DNA of 64,000 nt from Candidatus Limnocylindria bacterium (GTDB lineage: Bacteria; Chloroflexota; Limnocylindria; P2-11E). Below, one piece after another: positions 1-10,334 of this stretch. Under the pieces are notes generated by a model. That model ran no database searches and was not told where the DNA came from. It saw only the letters and a list, made by a program, of their open reading frames with translations. Position 1 is the stretch's first letter. Every line of letters begins with the position of its first letter. Where the stretch lies: positions 1,534-65,533 of the forward strand of contig DASYUC010000145.1 of NCBI GenBank assembly GCA_036001645.1, written 5' to 3'. The position numbers were made by a program, and so were the translations under genes.

Positions 1-97
1 AGCTTTCCAGATCGTCCGACCTTTCACGAGCGAGCAGACGAGCGAGGTAGAGTCCTGTCCGGACGGACCTGCGCCGTCGCTTCGGGGAGGGTCTGGA

Positions 98-1780
98 TTG
101 CCGATCAGTGGTCAGGAGCTGCCCGCCGAGCCCGACCTCTGGGCGCCCGTCGGCTTCGAGCACCTGCCGCGCGAGCTCGTGTCGGCCTTCCGGGGCGCCG
201 ACTGGCCGCAGGTGCGGATACGGCTCCAGACCGTAATGGACGGCATGATCACCGATGGCCCCTACGGTCGCGAGCTGTTCCAGCTCGTACTCCAGCTCCC
301 GCTCGGATTCGATCCGGTCTTCGAGCGTTATCGCGCGTCGGCGATGGTCGACCACGGCGATTGGGACGCCCTCCGCAGCTCTCTCGCGGCGCAGCCGCTG
401 GAGCCCGCGGAGGTCCGGGGGATACGCGACATCATCACCGCTCCCGTCGATCGGGCGAGCCTCCCGCTCATGACGGAATTCCACCATCGGGTCCTGTTCG
501 AGACCTACGAGTTCCAGGCTCGTCGCTCGATGGGCCCATACCGCCACTGGGCACAGCGCATCGCGAACTACTACCCGGACCTGCTGTGGCAGCGCGACGA
601 CATCCCGATCGGCAGACACCTCCGCTATCGCCGTCTGCACGACACGATCTGTCTGGCCATCGGCGAGGCGCACGCTGGGCGGCTCGAGGTCGCGCATGCG
701 CTCGCGCGCGAATCGCAGCGCCTCGGGGACGAAGGCGAGCCGATGCGGATCGTCGCGCGCGACTTGGCGGAGCTCGTTCGTCTCGGTATGGGAGAGAAGC
801 GCGAATTCGAGCTCGCGCTGCCCGCGCACGTCTGCCGTCCGACGGGGCCCTCGCCGCAAGGCGTGTGGGAGTTCCTCCTCTTCCTCATGCCCTTCCTCGC
901 GCTCCGAGAGGATGGATCGCTCGGGTGGGCAGCGCGCCTGGCGGAGCGCATCGCGGTCCGGCTGGCCGCGCCGCGGGCCGAGCTGCAGGCGATCTCGTGG
1001 ATCGTGGCGAGCGAGCTTCGTGCGGGACGACGCGGCCGCGACACCGAGCTTGCGGGACTCGTCGCGCAAGCGCGGCGCAGCCCGCCTGGACTCAAGGGAC
1101 TACCGGTGTTCCTGTCGGGCTATGCCGAACGGAGCTACGAAGCGTTCCGCGAGGCCGAGCACCTGGCGCGGCGTGCGGGCAACGTGTGGCTGCAGGTGAG
1201 CGCGCTGGTGTGGATGCTCGCGATCGAGCCGCAGGGTTCGACGGCGCGTCGCCTCCATCGGCTTCTCGACATCACCGCGTGGCGGCAGCCCGTCCTCGCG
1301 CCACCCGAGGTCGCGGCGGACGCCGCGCTGGCGATGACCGTGACCGGCGAGCGTGGCCGATCGATCCTCGAGCTCGCGCTCACGTCCGACCGGCCCGCGG
1401 TGACAACGGAGGTCGTCATGCGCCACCTGGACGACCCGAACGTGACGAACGCCGCGCGCACCGCGGCCGTCGACGTGCTCGGGCTCGTCGGCACGATGCA
1501 GGCGCGGGACATCCTCGCGCGGCTCGCGAAGCGCAACGACGACGTGGGCCGCTCCGCGGCGAAGCTGTCCGCGCGCGCGGGGACGCACCTCTCACTCAGC
1601 GAACGCGAGGTCGAGGTGCTGTCGCTCGCGGCGGATGGCCTGACGAACCGCCAGATCGCGGAGCGGCTCTACCTCAGCCCGCACACCGTGGCGCGGCACC
1701 TCGCGAACGCGCGTGCGAAGCTCGGCGCGTCGAATCGCGCCGAGGCCGCGGTCCGGCTGGAGAAATCGCGTGAGTCATGA
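98..1780 (+). CDS. LuxR-family transcriptional regulator (560 aa), tandem paralog A
   Basis: TTG start at 98 follows GGGGAGGG. The C-terminal LSEREVEVLSLAADGLTNRQIAERLYLSPHTVARHLANARAKLG is a LuxR/GerE HTH, preceded by a HEAT-like stretch. The N-terminal ~450 aa are not recognised. Confidence 0.8.
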   Translation: MPISGQELPAEPDLWAPVGFEHLPRELVSAFRGADWPQVRIRLQTVMDGMITDGPYGRELFQLVLQLPLGFDPVFERYRASAMVDHGDWDALRSSLAAQPLEPAEVRGIRDIITAPVDRASLPLMTEFHHRVLFETYEFQARRSMGPYRHWAQRIANYYPDLLWQRDDIPIGRHLRYRRLHDTICLAIGEAHAGRLEVAHALARESQRLGDEGEPMRIVARDLAELVRLGMGEKREFELALPAHVCRPTGPSPQGVWEFLLFLMPFLALREDGSLGWAARLAERIAVRLAAPRAELQAISWIVASELRAGRRGRDTELAGLVAQARRSPPGLKGLPVFLSGYAERSYEAFREAEHLARRAGNVWLQVSALVWMLAIEPQGSTARRLHRLLDITAWRQPVLAPPEVAADAALAMTVTGERGRSILELALTSDRPAVTTEVVMRHLDDPNVTNAARTAAVDVLGLVGTMQARDILARLAKRNDDVGRSAAKLSARAGTHLSLSEREVEVLSLAADGLTNRQIAERLYLSPHTVARHLANARAKLGASNRAEAAVRLEKSRES

Positions 1781-3453
1781 GTAGCCAGACGCTCCCGGCC
1801 GACCCCGACCTCTGGGCGCCGGTCGGGTTCGAGCACCTGCCGCCCGAGCTCGTGTCGGCATTCCGCGGTGGCGACTGGCCGCAGGTGCGCGTTCGGCTCC
1901 AGACGGTCATGGATGGTGCGATCACCGACGGGCCGCACGGTCGCGAGTTGCTCCAGCTCGTACTCCAGCTCCCGCTCGGATTCGATCCGGTCTTCGAGCG
2001 CTACCGCGCGTCGGCGATGGTCGATCACGGCGACTGGGACGCCCTGCGTAACTCTCTCGCGGCTCATCCGCTCGAGCCCACCGAGATCCTCGGCCTACGC
2101 GACATCATCACCGCTCCCGTCGATCGCGCGACCCTACCCGTCGCGACAGAGCCCCATCATCGGGTGCTGTTCGAGATCTACGAGTTCGAGGCCCGTCGCG
2201 CGATGGGCCCGCAGCGCCACTGGGCGCAGCGCATCGCGAACTACTACCCGGACCTGCTGTTCAAGCGCGACGACATCCCGATCGGCAGACACCTCCGCTA
2301 TCGCCGGTTGCACGACACGCTTCAGCTGGCGATCGGCGAGGCGCAGGCCGGACGCCTCGAGGTCGCGCACGCGCTCGCGCACGAATCGCAGCGGCTTGGC
2401 GACGAAGGCGAGCCGCTGCGCGTCGTCGCGCGCGACCTCGCAGGGCTCGTCCGTCTCGGCATGGGAGACAAGCATGATTTCGAGCTCGCATTCCCTGCGC
2501 ACGCGTGCCGTCCGACGGGACCGTCGCCACAGGGCGTATGGGAGATGCTCTTCTATCTCATGCCGTTCCTCGCGCTGCGAGAGGACGACTCGCTCGCCTG
2601 GGCTGCCCGCGTCGCGGAGCGCATCGCGGTGCGGCTGGCGGCGCCGCGCGCCCAGTTGCAGGCGATCTCGTGGATCGTTGCCGGCGACCTTCGCGCGGGA
2701 CGCCGCAGCCGCGACACCGAGCTCGCGGGACTCGTCGCGAAAGCGCGGCGCGCCACACCGGGACTCCGAGGCCTCCCGGTCTTCCTGTCGGGCTACGCCG
2801 AGCGGAGCTACGAGGCGTTCCGCGAAGCCGAGCATCTCGCGCGGCGCGCGGGCAACGTATGGCTGCAGGTGAGCGCGATGGTCTGGATGCTGGCGATCGA
2901 GCCGGAGAGCACGACAGCACGCCGGCTCCATCGGCTCCTCGACATCACCGCGTGGCGACAGCCGATACTCACGCCGCCGGATGTCGCCGCCGATGCGGCG
3001 CTGGCGATGACGGTGACTGGCGAGCGTGGCCGTTCGATCCTCGAGCTCGCGCTCACCGCGGGCCGACCCGCGGTCACGACGGAGGTCGTCATGCGCCACC
3101 TCGATGACCCGAACGCCACGAGCGCAGGACGGACGGCGGCCGTCGACGTGCTCGGGCTCGTCGGCACGATGCAGGCGAGAGACATCCTCGCGCGGCTCGC
3201 GAAGCGCAACGACGATGTGGGCCGCTCAGCGGCGAAGCTGTCCGCGCGAGCCGGATCGCACAGCTCACTCAGCGAGCGCGAGGTCGAGGTGCTCTCGCTC
3301 GCGTCGGAGGGCCTCACGAACCGCCAGATCGCGGAACGCCTCTACCTCAGCCCGCACACGGTCGCCCGTCACCTCGCGAACGCACGCGGAAAGCTCGGGG
3401 CGTCGAACCGCGCCGAGGCCGCGGTCAGGCTGGAGAAATCACGGGAGCCCTAA
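1777..3453 (+). CDS. LuxR-family transcriptional regulator (558 aa), tandem paralog B
   Basis: The ATG overlaps the stop of paralog A (ATGA). It is collinear with A over its full length and has the same C-terminal LuxR HTH. Confidence 0.8.
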   Translation: MSSQTLPADPDLWAPVGFEHLPPELVSAFRGGDWPQVRVRLQTVMDGAITDGPHGRELLQLVLQLPLGFDPVFERYRASAMVDHGDWDALRNSLAAHPLEPTEILGLRDIITAPVDRATLPVATEPHHRVLFEIYEFEARRAMGPQRHWAQRIANYYPDLLFKRDDIPIGRHLRYRRLHDTLQLAIGEAQAGRLEVAHALAHESQRLGDEGEPLRVVARDLAGLVRLGMGDKHDFELAFPAHACRPTGPSPQGVWEMLFYLMPFLALREDDSLAWAARVAERIAVRLAAPRAQLQAISWIVAGDLRAGRRSRDTELAGLVAKARRATPGLRGLPVFLSGYAERSYEAFREAEHLARRAGNVWLQVSAMVWMLAIEPESTTARRLHRLLDITAWRQPILTPPDVAADAALAMTVTGERGRSILELALTAGRPAVTTEVVMRHLDDPNATSAGRTAAVDVLGLVGTMQARDILARLAKRNDDVGRSAAKLSARAGSHSSLSEREVEVLSLASEGLTNRQIAERLYLSPHTVARHLANARGKLGASNRAEAAVRLEKSREP

Positions 3454-3465
3454 GGCTCGCGATCG

Positions 3466-3795
3466 CTACAGGCGTTCGTACCGCGCGACGTCGAGGACGA
3501 AGACCGTGGCGCCACCGAAGGTGACTTCGACCGGATACGGCATGTAGAACTCCCCCGGTTCCATGATCGGCGGCATCGGACTGATGTGCTGCGTCCGCGC
3601 GTGGCAGGTCTCGCGGATCGTCGCGATCACGTCTTCGACCTGGGCTTCCTCGACGCCGACGATGATCGAGGCGTTGCTCGTCTTCAGGAACCCACCCTGC
3701 GAGTGAAGGCGCGTGACGCGGTACTCCTTGTCGGTGAGCGCGTCGACGAGCGCACCGGCGTCCTCGGGGTGGACGATCGCGACCACGAGCTTCAT
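3466..3795 (-). CDS. darA: PII-like cyclic-di-AMP receptor (DarA/PstA, DUF970)
   Basis: MKLVVAIV...RVTRLHSQGGFLKTSNASIIVGVEE...PYPVEVTFGGATVFVLDV matches the DarA fold signature. I trimmed the 178-aa track ORF to the internal ATG at 3795, because the Arg/Pro-rich N-terminal extension looks spurious. Confidence 0.85.
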   Translation of the reverse strand: MKLVVAIVHPEDAGALVDALTDKEYRVTRLHSQGGFLKTSNASIIVGVEEAQVEDVIATIRETCHARTQHISPMPPIMEPGEFYMPYPVEVTFGGATVFVLDVARYERL

Positions 3796-3824
3796 CCCGG
3801 CCGGACTATACCCTCGCCCTTCGC

Positions 3825-4463
3825 CTACGCCGGTGCGCCGAGGAGCGCGTCGACCTCGCGGCGGATGTCCTTCGCGATCGCCGCCTCGTCGCGGTCGGCG
3901 GCGATGACGACGAAGCGCCGCGGCTCGGCTGCGGCCAGACGCAGGTAGGCGTCGCGTACGCGGACGTGGAATTCCGTCGCGTCGGCCTCGAAGCGGTCCC
4001 ACCGCGCCTCCGCGCGCCAGCCGGAGCGCGCGAGACCCACCTCGACCGGCACGTCGAGGAGGAAGGTGCGATCGGGCACGAGCGTGCCGACCGCGAGTGC
4101 GGTCACCTCACGGATCGCCTGGAGCGGGACGCCGTGAGCGTGACCCTGATAGACGACGGTCGAGTCGAAGAAGCGATCGGCGATGACTATCTTCCCCGCC
4201 TCGAGCGCTGGGCGGATGACCTCGCGCACGAGCTGCGCGCGCGCGCTGCTGAACAGCAGCACCTGGGCCGCCGGGCTCAGCGGGATCTCGCGCGCGTGCA
4301 GCAGGATGTCGCGGATGCGCTCGCCCGCCGCGGTGCCGCCGGGCTCACGAGTGAGGACGACTTCGCGACCACTCTCGGTCAGGGTCTCGGCAAGGCGGCG
4401 CGCCTGGAGCGACTTCCCGGAACCCTCGCCCCCTTCAAAGGAGAGGAAGAGGCCGCGCTTCAC
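3825..4463 (-). CDS. tmk: Thymidylate kinase
   Basis: [14 protein letters not shown]-loop, REPGGT, and DRFFDST motifs. The GTG start at 4463 overlaps the upstream stop (GTGA). Confidence 0.9.
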   Translation of the reverse strand: MKRGLFLSFEGGEGSGKSLQARRLAETLTESGREVVLTREPGGTAAGERIRDILLHAREIPLSPAAQVLLFSSARAQLVREVIRPALEAGKIVIADRFFDSTVVYQGHAHGVPLQAIREVTALAVGTLVPDRTFLLDVPVEVGLARSGWRAEARWDRFEADATEFHVRVRDAYLRLAAAEPRRFVVIAADRDEAAIAKDIRREVDALLGAPA

Positions 4464-5977
4464 CGATAGATCTGCACGCGGCGAACGGGATCGTGGCCGG
4501 TCGACCGGGACGAAAGGCTCGCGCGCTCCGCGAGCTCGTGCTGGAGCCGCCGTACGTAGGCGTTCTGCGGCGCGAGCTCGATCTCGTCGCTCTGGCCGTT
4601 GGCCACCGCCTCGATCGCCTCGCGCGCCTCCTCGAGCGCCTGATCTTCCGGGCCGCGCCGCAGGTCGATGACGCTCGCGAGCGCGCTCGCGATCTGGCTC
4701 GACGAATTGCTGCGCGCGATGTAGATCGGGATGCCCGAGGACTCGGCGTTGCGGAGGCGCGGGGTCTTGCGCCGGTAGTAGTTCTTCAGCGTCAGCACGA
4801 CGTCCGCGTCCTCCGGCTCGCGAACGATCGCGACCGGCAGACCGAGGCCGCGCGCCGCGTCCTCGACTCGCGTCCACGACACCCCGAACGGATACACCTT
4901 GATGATCTCGCGCATCCCTTCGTCCAGCGGCAGACGTGGCGTGCTCCGCCGCTCGACCGCATCGGCCGGCGCGCGTGTCGGCGCCTGCGTCGTCCGCGCG
5001 ATCTCACCCGTCTCGGTGCGCGAGCGGATCTCGGGCGCGACCGGCATCCCGAGCAGGATCGCGTCGACGACCTGCGACACGTCGTGATAGATCGCGACGC
5101 GCTGATACGCCTGGATCTCCACGAGCACCTGGAACGTTGGCGGCGCCTTGCGCTCGAGGACGGATTTCTGCGTTCCGCGGCGTCGCGCTTCCTCGTCGGA
5201 GAGCGTGACGGTCTGGATCCCGCCGACGAGGTCCGTGAGCGTCGGGTTGAGCATGAGGTTCTCGAGGGTGTTGCCGTGTGCGGTCGCGATCAGCTGCACG
5301 CCGCGCTCGGCGATCGTGCGAGCGGCCGCGGCTTCCTGCTCGGTGCCGATCTCGTCGATGACGACCACCTCGGGCATGTGGTTCTCGACCGCCTCGATCA
5401 TCACCGCGTGTTGCAGCGAGGGCGTCGGCACCTGCATCCGCCTCGCGCGGCCGATCCCCGGGTGCGGGATGTCGCCGTCGCCGGCGATCTCGTTCGAGGT
5501 GTCCACGATCACGACGCGCTTCGCCAGGTCGTCGGCGAGGACGCGCGCGACCTCGCGGAGCATCGTCGTCTTGCCGACACCAGGTCGGCCGAGGAGCAGG
5601 ATGCTCTTCCCCGACTCGACGATGTCGCGGATGATCTCGACGGTCCCGTAGACGGCGCGCCCGACGCGCAGCGTGAGCCCTACGACCTTCCCCGCCCGGT
5701 TGCGGAGCGCGCTGATGCGGTGGAGCGTTCGCTCGATGCCCGCGCGGTTATCGCCGCCGAACTGGCCGATGTGCGAGATGACATACGCGAGATCCTCGGC
5801 GGACACCTCGCGCTGCGACAGGTATTCCTCACGGCCCGCGAAACGAGCTTCCGGGAGGCGACCGAGATCCATGACGATCTCGAGAAGTCCCTCCAGTCCG
5901 TCCAGCGCGCGCACGCGCTGCGTAAGGTCGGGTGGGAGTCCCCGGAGCAGCGCCTCGAGCTCGTCGCTCTGCTGCAT
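4460..5977 (-). CDS. AAA ATPase with C-terminal R3H nucleic-acid-binding domain (ycf45/SpoIIIAA-like)
   Basis: [16 protein letters not shown] Walker [10 protein letters not shown] Walker B, and a C-terminal R3H-like region. Confidence 0.8.
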   Translation of the reverse strand: MQQSDELEALLRGLPPDLTQRVRALDGLEGLLEIVMDLGRLPEARFAGREEYLSQREVSAEDLAYVISHIGQFGGDNRAGIERTLHRISALRNRAGKVVGLTLRVGRAVYGTVEIIRDIVESGKSILLLGRPGVGKTTMLREVARVLADDLAKRVVIVDTSNEIAGDGDIPHPGIGRARRMQVPTPSLQHAVMIEAVENHMPEVVVIDEIGTEQEAAAARTIAERGVQLIATAHGNTLENLMLNPTLTDLVGGIQTVTLSDEEARRRGTQKSVLERKAPPTFQVLVEIQAYQRVAIYHDVSQVVDAILLGMPVAPEIRSRTETGEIARTTQAPTRAPADAVERRSTPRLPLDEGMREIIKVYPFGVSWTRVEDAARGLGLPVAIVREPEDADVVLTLKNYYRRKTPRLRNAESSGIPIYIARSNSSSQIASALASVIDLRRGPEDQALEEAREAIEAVANGQSDEIELAPQNAYVRRLQHELAERASLSSRSTGHDPVRRVQIYR

Positions 5978-6013
5978 TCACCAAAGAGCATATCGGCGCG
6001 GCCGCAGCATCCC

Positions 6014-6970
6014 CTAGCGCACCACCGCCGGCGCGAGCGCCGGCTCTTCGACGCGGACGGCGAGCTCTTTCACGAAGAGCATCGCCGTGGCCGCGTCGCG
6101 GAAGCCCTCGGACAGCAACGCGCGCGCGACGTGCTCTTCGTATGACCGCACCGGCGATGTGATCGGCCGCCCCGGGGGCAGCGCGCGGACCGCCGCGCGC
6201 ACGAGATCGCGAGCCACATCGACATCGCCGGCCTCGGTGCGCACCTTCAACACGTGCGGGTGGCGATCCATCCCGGCGAACGCCAGCGCGACCGCGCAGG
6301 GCTTCGACTGATCGTGATCGATGAGCGCCATCCGGCGGCGCATCGCGAGCGGATTGCCGCCGATGAGATGCGGCGGGTCGTACGCCCCGCCGCGCCTGCC
6401 GAGGTCGAAGTCCTGCACGGAGAGCTGCTCGGCCCGCTGCACCGCGTGCGGCGTCGTCATCGCGTAGAAACGGAAGAGGTCGTGCGCGTCGACTGACGTC
6501 GCTTCGCGCGCGTGCATCCGCTGCGAGGGCGCGGGCAGCGCGGCGCCCGCCGCCGCGTACCAGGTCTCGCGGGTGTAGGAGTAGAAGCCCGCCTGGAAGA
6601 ACGTCTCGCGGGGGCGCACGTCATCGGGCACCGCCGCGAAGAGGCGCTGCATCCCGGCGCGCGCGGCAGACGCGCTGATGCCCGAGAGCAGCCGGAACGC
6701 GCTATCCGTCCCGCCGGGTTCGGGCAGCGCCGCCAGCATGAGGACGACCCACTCCGGCCGCCGGCCGTCGTAGACGAACGCGGTGCTCCGCAGCTGGCCG
6801 CGGTACTCCTCGAGGTAGACGCGCAGCCGTCCGTTCAGGCCGAACAGCCCGTTGATGAGGCCGCGCCAACCACCGACCGCGCCGCCGGCCAGCGGCACCG
6901 GGAGCGCGGACGCCACGATGCCCTCGCGCGTGTGCACGGCGGACTCGAGCAAGGCAGAGATACGGCGCAT
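6014..6970 (-). CDS. Hypothetical protein (318 aa)
   Basis: Start trimmed to the ATG at 6970, because the longer track ORF would overlap pdxT. I recognise no confident family. Confidence 0.5.
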   Translation of the reverse strand: MRRISALLESAVHTREGIVASALPVPLAGGAVGGWRGLINGLFGLNGRLRVYLEEYRGQLRSTAFVYDGRRPEWVVLMLAALPEPGGTDSAFRLLSGISASAARAGMQRLFAAVPDDVRPRETFFQAGFYSYTRETWYAAAGAALPAPSQRMHAREATSVDAHDLFRFYAMTTPHAVQRAEQLSVQDFDLGRRGGAYDPPHLIGGNPLAMRRRMALIDHDQSKPCAVALAFAGMDRHPHVLKVRTEAGDVDVARDLVRAAVRALPPGRPITSPVRSYEEHVARALLSEGFRDAATAMLFVKELAVRVEEPALAPAVVR

Positions 6971-7005
6971 GTCGAAGGGGGTCGCCGCCCGCGCGGGCAC
7001 GCGCC

Positions 7006-7626
7006 TCAGCGCTTCCCGAGCGAGAGGAAGAGACGATGGAAACGCTCGTCGTGCGTCAGTTCGGGATGGAAGGACGTCGCGAGCAGATTGCCTTCCCGCG
7101 CGGCGACCACCGTGCCGTCGTGCAGCCGCGCGAGGACGGACACGCCCGATCCGACCCGCGTGATCTTCGGCGCGCGGATGAAGACCGCATGGAATGGACC
7201 GCCGGACATCCCTTCGACGTCGAGGTCCGCTTCGAACGAATCGATCTGACGACCGAACGCGTTGCGCTCGACGGTGATGTCCATCAGCTCCGCGAGAGGA
7301 TGCGGATGACCTGGCACGTCCTTGGCGAGGAAGATCGCACCGGCGCAGGTGCCCCACACCGGCATCCCCTTTTCGGCACGCTCGCGAAGCTTCGGAGTGA
7401 TCCCGTAGTGCTGCGCCAGCTTGCCGATCGTCGTGCTTTCGCCCCCAGGGATGATCAGCGCGTCGATGTCTTCGAGCTGTTCGGGCCTTCGCACGTCGAC
7501 ACCTTCAGCGCCGATGCCGCGGAGCGTCGCGAGATGCTCGCTGAAGTCGCCCTGGAGTCCGAGAACGCCGACGCGAGCGGTCTCGTTACTACCGGCTGGC
7601 GAGAACGAGGGAATGAGCTTGCTCAT
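7006..7626 (-). CDS. pdxT: Pyridoxal 5'-phosphate synthase glutaminase subunit
   Basis: VGVLGLQGDFSEH, IIPGGESTT, and WGTCAG catalytic Cys. It lies directly downstream of pdxS. Confidence 0.9.
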   Translation of the reverse strand: MSKLIPSFSPAGSNETARVGVLGLQGDFSEHLATLRGIGAEGVDVRRPEQLEDIDALIIPGGESTTIGKLAQHYGITPKLRERAEKGMPVWGTCAGAIFLAKDVPGHPHPLAELMDITVERNAFGRQIDSFEADLDVEGMSGGPFHAVFIRAPKITRVGSGVSVLARLHDGTVVAAREGNLLATSFHPELTHDERFHRLFLSLGKR

Positions 7627-7662
7627 TCATGAGGACGAGCGACGCCGGTACGAGCGAAGTGA

Positions 7663-8577
7663 TTACCAGCCGCGGACGGCAAGGCGTTCGCCGGCGGGGA
7701 TGGTCTCGAGCGAGAGACCACGCATCGGCTCTCCGAGACCGCGTGACACTTCGGCGATGAGCTTCGCGTCGGTGAAGTGGGTCGTCGCCTCGACGATCGC
7801 CTTCGCGCGGCGCGCCGGATCCTCGGACTTGTAGATCCCGGAGCCGACGAAGTTTCCTTCCGCGCCGAGCTGCATCGTCAGAGCGGCATCGGCGGGCGTT
7901 GCGATGCCACCGGCGCAGAAGAGGACCACCGGAAGCCGCTGATTCTCCGCGACGTCGCGCACGAGCTCGACGGGAACGCGGTATTCCTCGGCCTTCGCGT
8001 CGAGTCCGGTGTCCTTCAAGCCGGCGAGCGAGCGGATCGCGGAGAGGATCGCGCGGAGATGCGTCACCGCCTCAACGATGTTGCCTGTCCCCGCCTCGCC
8101 CTTGCTGCGGATCATCGCCGCACCCTCGTTGATGCGACGCAGCGCCTCACCGAGGTCGCGCGCGCCGCACACGAACGGCACCTTGAACGCGTGCTTGTCC
8201 ACATGGAACTGTGTGTCCGCGGGCGTCAGGACTTCGCTCTCGTCGACGTAGTCGACGCCGAGCGCCTCGAGCACCTGCGCCTCGACGAAGTGTCCGATGC
8301 GGCACTTCGCCATGACCGGAATGGTCACAGCGCTCATGATCTCGATGATCTTTTGCGGATCGCTCATGCGTGCGACGCCCCCCGCGGCGCGGATGTCCGC
8401 GGGCACGCGCTCGAGGGCCATGACCGCCACCGCACCCGCGTCTTCCGCGATCCGCGCCTGCTCGGCGGTGACCACGTCCATGATCACGCCGCCCTTGAGC
8501 ATCCGCGCGAGGCCGCTCTTCAGCGTCCACGTACCGGTGGAGCCGTTCGATCCGGGGGTGTTCTGCGTGGAAGCCAT
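7663..8577 (-). CDS. pdxS: Pyridoxal 5'-phosphate synthase lyase subunit
   Basis: [28 protein letters not shown], and the [15 protein letters not shown] motifs are highly characteristic. Trimmed to the ATG at 8577. Confidence 0.95.
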   Translation of the reverse strand: MASTQNTPGSNGSTGTWTLKSGLARMLKGGVIMDVVTAEQARIAEDAGAVAVMALERVPADIRAAGGVARMSDPQKIIEIMSAVTIPVMAKCRIGHFVEAQVLEALGVDYVDESEVLTPADTQFHVDKHAFKVPFVCGARDLGEALRRINEGAAMIRSKGEAGTGNIVEAVTHLRAILSAIRSLAGLKDTGLDAKAEEYRVPVELVRDVAENQRLPVVLFCAGGIATPADAALTMQLGAEGNFVGSGIYKSEDPARRAKAIVEATTHFTDAKLIAEVSRGLGEPMRGLSLETIPAGERLAVRGW

Positions 8578-8616
8578 GTGTACGCAATCGTAACGCCCTG
8601 CCCGTAGAATCGGAGA

Positions 8617-9150
8617 ATGGCGGTCGTCGATGCGAACGTGCTCGTGCTCAACCTCGATTTTCAGCCGCTCAACGTGTGCAACGTGCGGCGTGCTGTCGTC
8701 CTGCTCTCGAAGCAGAAGGCGACGGTCATCGAGCAGAACGGCCACATCGTGACGAGCGAGCGGCTCAATCTGCAGTCGCCCTCGGTGATCCGTCTCGTCT
8801 ATCACATCAAGCGACCGCGACCGGTGGTCAAGCTCACGCGCAAAGAGATCCTCCAGCGCGACGACCACACCTGCCAGTACTGCGGCAAGCGAGGGAACGA
8901 CCTCACGCTGGATCATGTGATGCCGCGTCACCGCGGCGGCCAGCACACGTGGGACAACGTCGTGGCCGCATGCCGAGCGTGCAACCACCGCAAAGGCGGT
9001 CGCACGCTTGCCGAGTCGCACATGACGCTCCTTCGTCAACCGAAGCGTCCGCCGGCCACGCCGACGTACCTGTATTCCTCATATGTCCGCGCCGGCGAGC
9101 GCGCATGGGCGAAGTTCATCGGTATGGACGAGACCGCGGCCGCATCCTGA
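8617..9150 (+). CDS. HNH endonuclease
   Basis: CQYCG...[32 protein letters not shown] is an HNH/zinc-finger motif. A GGAGA sequence precedes the ATG. Confidence 0.85.
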   Translation: MAVVDANVLVLNLDFQPLNVCNVRRAVVLLSKQKATVIEQNGHIVTSERLNLQSPSVIRLVYHIKRPRPVVKLTRKEILQRDDHTCQYCGKRGNDLTLDHVMPRHRGGQHTWDNVVAACRACNHRKGGRTLAESHMTLLRQPKRPPATPTYLYSSYVRAGERAWAKFIGMDETAAAS

Positions 9151-9190
9151 CCCGCGGCACGGCAGCGACTTTGCACGGGAGCGCGAACGG

Positions 9191-10333
9191 ATGAAGGTCC
9201 TCTTCACCAAACGCACCTACGCACCGATGGGTGGCTCGGAGAGCCTTGCGTATCAATGGGCGACGCGACTGGCGGCGCGTGGACATGACGTGCGCGTCGT
9301 CTGCGGTCAGGCCTTCGACGAGCGACCGCGCTTCGAAGATCACGGTGTCGAGGTCATCCAGGTGAAGCCGCGCGGCGGCTTTCTCGGGTACATGGCCGAC
9401 GCGTCGACGCTGGTGGACCTCATGCGCGTCGAAGAGCTGGAGCGATACGCCGAGGACCGCGACCTGATCCACAACGTCGGCCGCGAGTACCTCGACAGCT
9501 CGCTCACCGTCGCGAAGGAGCTCGACCTGCCGATCGTCCTGACACCGCTCGCGCACCCTGGTCAGTTCCACGGCGGCGACACGCCGGCGGACTTCCTGCG
9601 GTACCGGCGCGCGACGGTGATCACGACGATGACGGACTGGGAGCGTGCATGGTTCGGCGACCAGGGAATCGATCCGTATCGCGCGATCACGACGGGCATG
9701 GGTGCGAACGCGCTGCGCTCCCACGACGGCGTCGCGTTCCGCGCGCGTCATCGCATCCCAGCCGATGCGCCCGTCGTTCTGTACGTCGGACGGCGTGAGC
9801 GCTACAAGGGCTACATCCATCTCCTCGACGCCGCCGAGCTCGTGTGGCAACGCCACGACGAGGCGCGGTTCGTCTTCATCGGCGTGCCCGGCTTCTATGG
9901 TGCGATGGTCGACGAGTTCGCGCGCTACACCGATGAGCGGATCATCGAGATCGAGCGCGCAGGGGCCGTGGAAAAGTCAGCGGCGCTCGACGCCTGCGAC
10001 GTGTATGCGATGCCATCGGCGCACGAGACATTCGGCATCGGTTACCTCGAGGCCTGGCTGCACGAGAAGCCGGTGATCGGTGGCGACATCCCGCCGCTGC
10101 GCGAGGTCATCGCGCACGGCGTGGACGGCTTGCTGGTCCCGCAGAAGGTCGAGCACATCGCGCGTGCGGTGACGCGTCTTCTCGACGCGCCCGAGCTGCG
10201 CCGGGAGATGGGTCGCGCCGGGAACGCGAAGCTGCGCGAGCGGTGGGACTGGGATCTCGTCATGGACCGCGTCGAGGAAGCGCATCAGCGCGCCGTGGGT
10301 GCGCATCTGCCGGCGGACGAGGCGCTCGCCTAG
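9191..10333 (+). CDS. Glycosyltransferase family 4 (GT-B)
   Basis: N-terminal MKVLF...GGSE. The C-terminal E-x7-E region is ETFGIGYLEAWLHEKPVIG. Trimmed to the ATG at 9191. Confidence 0.8.
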   Translation: MKVLFTKRTYAPMGGSESLAYQWATRLAARGHDVRVVCGQAFDERPRFEDHGVEVIQVKPRGGFLGYMADASTLVDLMRVEELERYAEDRDLIHNVGREYLDSSLTVAKELDLPIVLTPLAHPGQFHGGDTPADFLRYRRATVITTMTDWERAWFGDQGIDPYRAITTGMGANALRSHDGVAFRARHRIPADAPVVLYVGRRERYKGYIHLLDAAELVWQRHDEARFVFIGVPGFYGAMVDEFARYTDERIIEIERAGAVEKSAALDACDVYAMPSAHETFGIGYLEAWLHEKPVIGGDIPPLREVIAHGVDGLLVPQKVEHIARAVTRLLDAPELRREMGRAGNAKLRERWDWDLVMDRVEEAHQRAVGAHLPADEALA

Positions 10334-10334
10334 C
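10329..10334. repeat. Left copy of 6-bp target-site duplication CCTAGC
   Basis: An identical hexamer flanks the other IS end at 11356-11361. It fits the NCTAGN target preference known for IS481. Confidence 0.75.

Larger units (their letters stand above)
98..3453 (+). repeat. Tandem duplication of a ~1.68 kb LuxR-regulator gene unit
   Basis: The two ORFs align end to end, roughly 85-90 percent identical by eye. The C-terminal third is almost identical. Confidence 0.85.

Noticed and set aside
361-1773. Long alternate-frame and antisense ORFs throughout the track (e.g. 361-1773, 19657-21669, 38851-41070, 49623-50858, 25735-26676, 31032-31820).
   Set aside because: Their translations are Arg/Ala/Pro/Gly-rich low-complexity strings typical of off-frame reading of high-GC DNA. 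Each fully overlaps a gene with clear family motifs.
3796-4002. N-terminal extensions of track ORFs (3466-4002, 3825-4877, 6014-7357, 7663-9039, 27703-29427, 42670-45021, 50441-52123, 53058-56798).
   Set aside because: The extensions overlap upstream genes and lack homology-like sequence. Internal ATG or GTG starts give canonical N-termini and often 4-nt stop/start overlaps.
6987-6998. 12-bp palindrome GCCCGCGCGGGC between pdxT and the next gene.
   Set aside because: It is a short GC palindrome expected by chance at this composition, with no similarity to the repeat family interior.
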